Assembly (NCBI GenBank): GCA_951406725.2
Contig: OX597831.1
Coordinates: 22,444,001-22,508,000, forward strand
DNA: 64,000 bases
Direction: 5' to 3'
Origin: Octopus vulgaris
Taxonomy: Eukaryota
Under the pieces are notes generated by a model. The model worked only from the letters and a program-made list of their open reading frames with translations, had not been told where the DNA came from and did no database searches. Position 1 is the stretch's first letter. The number at the start of each line of letters is the position of its first letter. A program made the position numbers and the translations under genes. Of this stretch, positions 59,156 through 64,000 are shown piece after piece.

Positions 59156-59749
59156 GCATTATAAAAATAGGGTTCAGTAAAATAATTTACTTTACCACAC
59201 ACCGAACTTTTTAGAAACAGCAGTCAAAAACTTAGCTATTTCTTCTACTGTAAGAAAAATCTCCCAGACAATGCATACTCGAAAATAACTCATACAGGTA
59301 TAGGGGAAAAAAATATCGAAAAATCACATCTATATAAGATTACCAGAGAACAAGCCTGTTTCTAGAATAGTTGACTATAAAGATCAACACTTCCTTCATC
59401 AGCTCAAAGATTTCTTCTGATTTGGATTTGAAAGTACTAAAAATCAAATACCAGACGGGTATGTTTGATTTTTAGTACTTTCAAATCCAAATCAGAAATC
59501 TTCGAGCTGATGAAAGAAGTGTTGATCTTTATAGTCAATTAATCTAGAAACAGGCTTGTTCTCTGGTAATCTTATATAGATGTGATTTTTCGATATTTTT
59601 CCCCTCTACCTGTGTGAGTTATTTTCGAGTACGCATTGTCTGGAGATTTTTCTTACAGTAGAAGAAATAGCTAAGTTTTTGGCTGCTGTTTCTAAAAGTT
59701 CGGTATGTGGTAAAGTAAATTATTTTACTGAACCCTATTTTTATAATGC
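59156..59749. repeat. ~600-bp near-perfect fold-back palindrome in (TA)n
   Basis: Arms ~59156-59448 and ~59464-59749 are reverse complements with scattered substitutions and small indels. Confidence 0.95.
59504..59563 (+). ncRNA. Hammerhead ribozyme (mirror copy at 59346-59405 on minus strand)
   Basis: gag-CTGATGA-(imperfect helix II including gttga/tcaa[t/c])-GAAA-caggcttg-TT-ctc. Near-palindromic helix III, GUU triplet. Confidence 0.65.
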
Positions 59750-59878
<129 letters not shown>

Positions 59879-60879
59879 TGTGCATACATACATACATACA
59901 TACATACATACATGCGTGTATATATCATAATAATAATAATAATAATAAACCAAATCACTACGTGATTCTTGTAGAAAATGTTTGTGAACTTACAGAAATG
60001 ATGCTATGAAAGATTAGGTTTATGTCAATTCTTTTTCCTCATATTTCATCACGACTAAATGCTTTTAAAGCGGTTAAAATCGGTAACCTACTTTGATAGA
60101 AATGTCAACGCTTTCTGAATTTGGCTATGTTAAATTTTGTCTGAGCATCTTTTCTTTTTATTTTGACAAGTTTGCCTTCGTGGAGCCTCTCAACAATTTC
60201 AACGCGTATGCACACACATATCCCTACACACGCACACACACACACAGACACACACACACAGACACACGCACACAGACACACACACATAAATATATTCATA
60301 AATATCTCTAAATCGATCTACACATACATATATTTTGCGCGAGCACACACACACACACACACACATACATATCTGTGTGTGAATAAGTGTGTGTGCGAGT
60401 GCGTGTATTGGCGTTAAGAAGATTATCAACACAGCAAAATTATTATCATTTCATTAACATGGTAATTAAGTGCTACGTTAATTAAAATATATGCATATTT
60501 AATCAGTTAGTAAAAGCGTATCCAAATAACTCAGAACATCAAATTTATCAAGTCAAACCAAACCAGTTTGTGATAAACGGAAAACGAGATTTAACTGATC
60601 TTCAATTTATTGACAGCCCGTATAACTGATGATCAATAGATCCGTTAGACATTATGAATGATGACCAATATGACTGATGACTAATAAGATATTTCGCTCA
60701 ACGAGCAAGAAGATGCGTGTTTTGGTATGTTTCCTTCATGTGCTAATTGTTTATGGGAGTTGGTTCTGGTCTCAGGAACTTACCAAAGTATTAAACCGAA
60801 GCTAGCAACCTAAATTAGCGCCTTTCTGAAATGTGCAGAAATGTATGTGTATATACGTCACTGTGGCTGAATGTATATA

Positions 60880-60951
60880 CTCTTTTACTTGTTTCAGTCA
60901 TTTGACTGCGGCCATGCTGGAGCACCGCCTTTAATCGAGCAACTCGACCCC
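60880..60951 (-). mobile_element. SINE family A 3' tail only
   Basis: CTCTTTTACTTGTTTCAGTCATTTGACTGCGGCCATGCTGGAGCACCGCCTT. Confidence 0.85.
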
Positions 60952-61157
60952 TATATATATATAGATGAGTGTATTTTTACCTTGTTAACAATTAACACGG
61001 AAAAATAAATAAATAGTTACCAGGGCAGCAAAAATCTCACAAGTAAAGTTGTTGTAACTCCTTGTTTATAAAGGTAGAAACTTCGTATTTACGTTGAATA
61101 TTTGAATAATATGAATAAAAAATGGAGTTAACGCAGGTGTAAACAAATATTTTTACT

Positions 61158-61237
61158 TTCGACACATGTTTCGAAAATTCCACTGATACTATTCAAAAGA
61201 ATAAATGGTATAAACAATGCAATCTTCTCTTCGGGAA
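61158..61237 (-). ncRNA. Hammerhead ribozyme, CCGAAGA core variant
   Basis: Minus strand: ttc-CCGAAGA-gaagatt-(~41 nt)-aattttc-GAAA-catgtg-TC-gaa. Helix II 7 bp, GUC triplet. Confidence 0.75.
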
Positions 61238-61419
61238 TGTGAAAAAACGAAACTCGTCAATACGACATTTTAGCAAAAAATGATGGATTTGTATAGCGAT
61301 AGACAGAACGCTATTAATATTGTTTAAAACATAAGTAGCTAACAGAAAGAGTAGGGATATTAATAGTGAATGTTAAATATAAAGGAAATTAAAGTTTAAA
61401 TTATATATAATGATAGAGA

Positions 61420-61779
61420 CTACTTATATGCACTAAATGTATGTTTTTGCCAATGCTTACATCTGTATGCTCGCTCTATAACCGTGTTTACTAGAGTATT
61501 TTTAGAAAAAATAATGAAAAATAGCTCAGAATTGCAGAGAAGACAGAATTTCTTGCCTTTGTCATATGGTATCGAAATTGAGAGGATCAACCATTCTAAA
61601 TGAAATTGTTCATTGTGGTCTTTTAAATCCCAAATCAGTTTGCTGAGACCGGTACTATTCCGTTTATTTCTATCCCTAAATATTGAGTAATGGATAGAAA
61701 TTCTTTTAGCTAACTCTAACGATGTGCTTCCAATGTAAAATCGTACTTTATTACGAGTAGTGATTATACACTGGTATAT
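61420..61779 (-). pseudogene. GIY-YIG endonuclease domain of a PLE; open for 119 codons to TAG, no start codon
   Basis: Manual translation: IYQCIITTRNKVRFYIGSTSLELAKRISIHYSIFRDRNKRNSTGLSKLIWDLKDHNEQFHLEWLILSISIPYDKGKKFCLLCNSELFFIIFSKNTLVNTVIERAYRCKHWQKHTFSAYK*. Confidence 0.88.
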
Positions 61780-61855
61780 AGTATCAGTGGAATTTTCGAA
61801 ACATGTGTCGAAAGTAAAAATATTTGTTTACACCTGCGTTAACTCCATTTTTTTA

Positions 61856-61892
<37 letters not shown>

Positions 61893-62529
61893 GTACACGC
61901 ACACATACTGTTACCTTCAGTTGGAATTACTGGTAAGACAACACTTCGCTGAATAGGTCAAACAGATCGAAAGTTTTTCCTGGTGCATCAACATACCAAC
62001 AGAGACCAAATCCGCACGTCACAATATCAACTGTATTTCAATTTGTTTTTAATTAATTTCAATTGATTAAAATATATGCCTTGTCCACTCCCCCACACTC
62101 CTTCATCCAACACCGTCCTTATTCCATACAAAATAAAGGCTTGTTGACGAAAATTATAAAATACAAAAGAAGATTGGAGAATATTTAAATTATTCACAAC
62201 TATGAGCTATATGATAATTAACAGTTAAATGAGTGGAAGCATATTTAAGCATTGGAACTATGAAGAAATTAAAAACAAGTAATTAGAATAAGCGAATTTG
62301 TGAAATATGCAATTAAACGATGACCAACTTTTTAATTCAAACATCAATAGTATATTCCTCTGGTCGTCTTTTGTTATTTTATTGCTTCTTGTTACATTCA
62401 TTCTTCTGTCACTGTTTCTCTCCCTCTCTCTCTTTATCTTCCCTCCCTCTATCCCTGCCTCCCTCTCCCTCTCTCTCACTATTTTTCTTTTTCTCTGTCT
62501 GTATGCCCATTTATCTGTTTTCATAACTG

Positions 62530-62533
62530 ACTG

Positions 62534-62596
<63 letters not shown>

Positions 62597-62743
62597 GACT
62601 GTGTGTCTGTCTGTCTATCTATCTATCTATATATCTATCTGTCTGTCTGTCTATGTATGTATGTATGTATCTATCTATCTATCCATCTATCAAGCTATCA
62701 ATCAATCAATCAATCAATCAGCCTATCTATCTATCTGTGCCTA

Positions 62744-62806
<63 letters not shown>

Positions 62807-62811
62807 GTCTA

Positions 62812-62848
<37 letters not shown>

Positions 62849-62862
62849 ATATCTATCTATCT
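62530..62862. repeat. Compound (ATCT)n/(GTCT)n microsatellite
   Basis: Direct observation. Confidence 0.93.
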
Positions 62863-63513
62863 AACATGCTTTTATCATTCGTTACTTCGGCAGAGAAAAC
62901 AAAATCTCCACTGATCTCAATAGCATATACATTCATACATTCTCACAATGCTTACACATATACATACACATACTATATTATACATACACATATACACTAC
63001 CAAGTCTCATACAGCTATATACAGATGCAACGCCATACATAGATATATCCATGCAATATTTGACATACATACATATACACATACATACAGACGTACATAC
63101 ATACATATGTGATAATATATATGACACTTCTGACAGCGCTGCTGCAAACCTTGATAACATCGGTGAACCGCGACATACCAGTTTTAGCAAACAAAAACTC
63201 TGACATATTTTCACAAATCAATCACTTTAAAAGCCATAATAGATTTTAAATGGTCTTTTAGAAATGATTTTGCTTTTCATTTTCGTCAAACTATTTATTT
63301 TTGTACACAGGAATATTTCTCAGAGAACTTCATCAGAAATATACGGCTATATATGACGTACATCTGACACAGAATGGCGAGGTAGAAGACGTTTGTCTCT
63401 GTAAAAAAAATAATAATACTGAAGTTTCTGATATGTATACAATAGATGTGTACAGCACAGGCTGTCTCAGAAAATTTCATAGACACACATGCATACATAC
63501 ATACATACATACA

Positions 63514-63546
<33 letters not shown>

Positions 63547-63693
63547 TTATGTACGTACATACATGTCCACACACAAACACAAATATACATACGTGTGGAT
63601 ACACAGGTAGATGTTCATATATAATGTACATAATTAGTTGTATCCTTGTGGTCAATAAAATAAACCATCATCATCGTCAAAGACAACAACAGC

Positions 63694-63922
63694 GATGATG
63701 ATGATGATAATAATAATAATGATAATAATAATAATGATAATGATGATAATAATAATAATGATTATAATAATAGTAATAATAACAGTAATAATAATAATGA
63801 TAATGATGATAATAATAATGATTATAATAATAGTAATAATAATAATAATAATGATAATAATGATGATGATGATGATGATGATAATAATAATGATGATAAT
63901 AATGATGATAATAATAATAATG

Positions 63923-63968
<46 letters not shown>

Positions 63969-64000
63969 TTATAAGAATAGTAATAATAATAATAATGATG
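63694..64000. repeat. (AAT/GAT)n tract
   Basis: Direct observation. Confidence 0.95.

Larger units (their letters stand above)
60961..61862 (-). mobile_element. 5'-truncated Penelope-like retroelement (Neptune-type) with inverted terminal-repeat fragment
   Basis: GIY-YIG frame, downstream hammerhead and an inverted repeat (61109-61192 vs 61778-61862), flanked by (TA)n. Confidence 0.88.

Noticed and set aside
63305-63342. CTGATGA…GAAA on the minus strand
   Set aside because: No supporting helices.

Overview
AT-rich eukaryotic DNA made almost entirely of microsatellites and transposable-element (TE) debris. The SINE families and (TA)n/(ATCT)n/(TAA)n load suggest a cephalopod such as Octopus (inference, not tested). 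I can support no host protein-coding gene; nearly all listed ORFs are microsatellite or SINE translations. Recognisable TE remains: two decayed Helitron Rep/Pif1-helicase copies, a non-autonomous Helitron family carrying a captured ORF fragment, CR1-, RTE- and R4/Dong-type LINE fragments, Tc1/mariner fragments, hAT and piggyBac-type MITEs with intact target-site duplications (TSDs), and about 30 tRNA-derived SINE copies. The main signal the ORF track misses is a dispersed set of minimal type-I hammerhead ribozymes from several distinct families. All but the most decayed are flanked by (TA)n tracts, and several sit in fold-back palindromes. One is physically linked to an open 119-codon Penelope-like (Neptune-type) GIY-YIG endonuclease frame at 61420-61779(-). 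Coordinates were read by eye and may be off by a few bases; family names come from motif recognition, not database searches.
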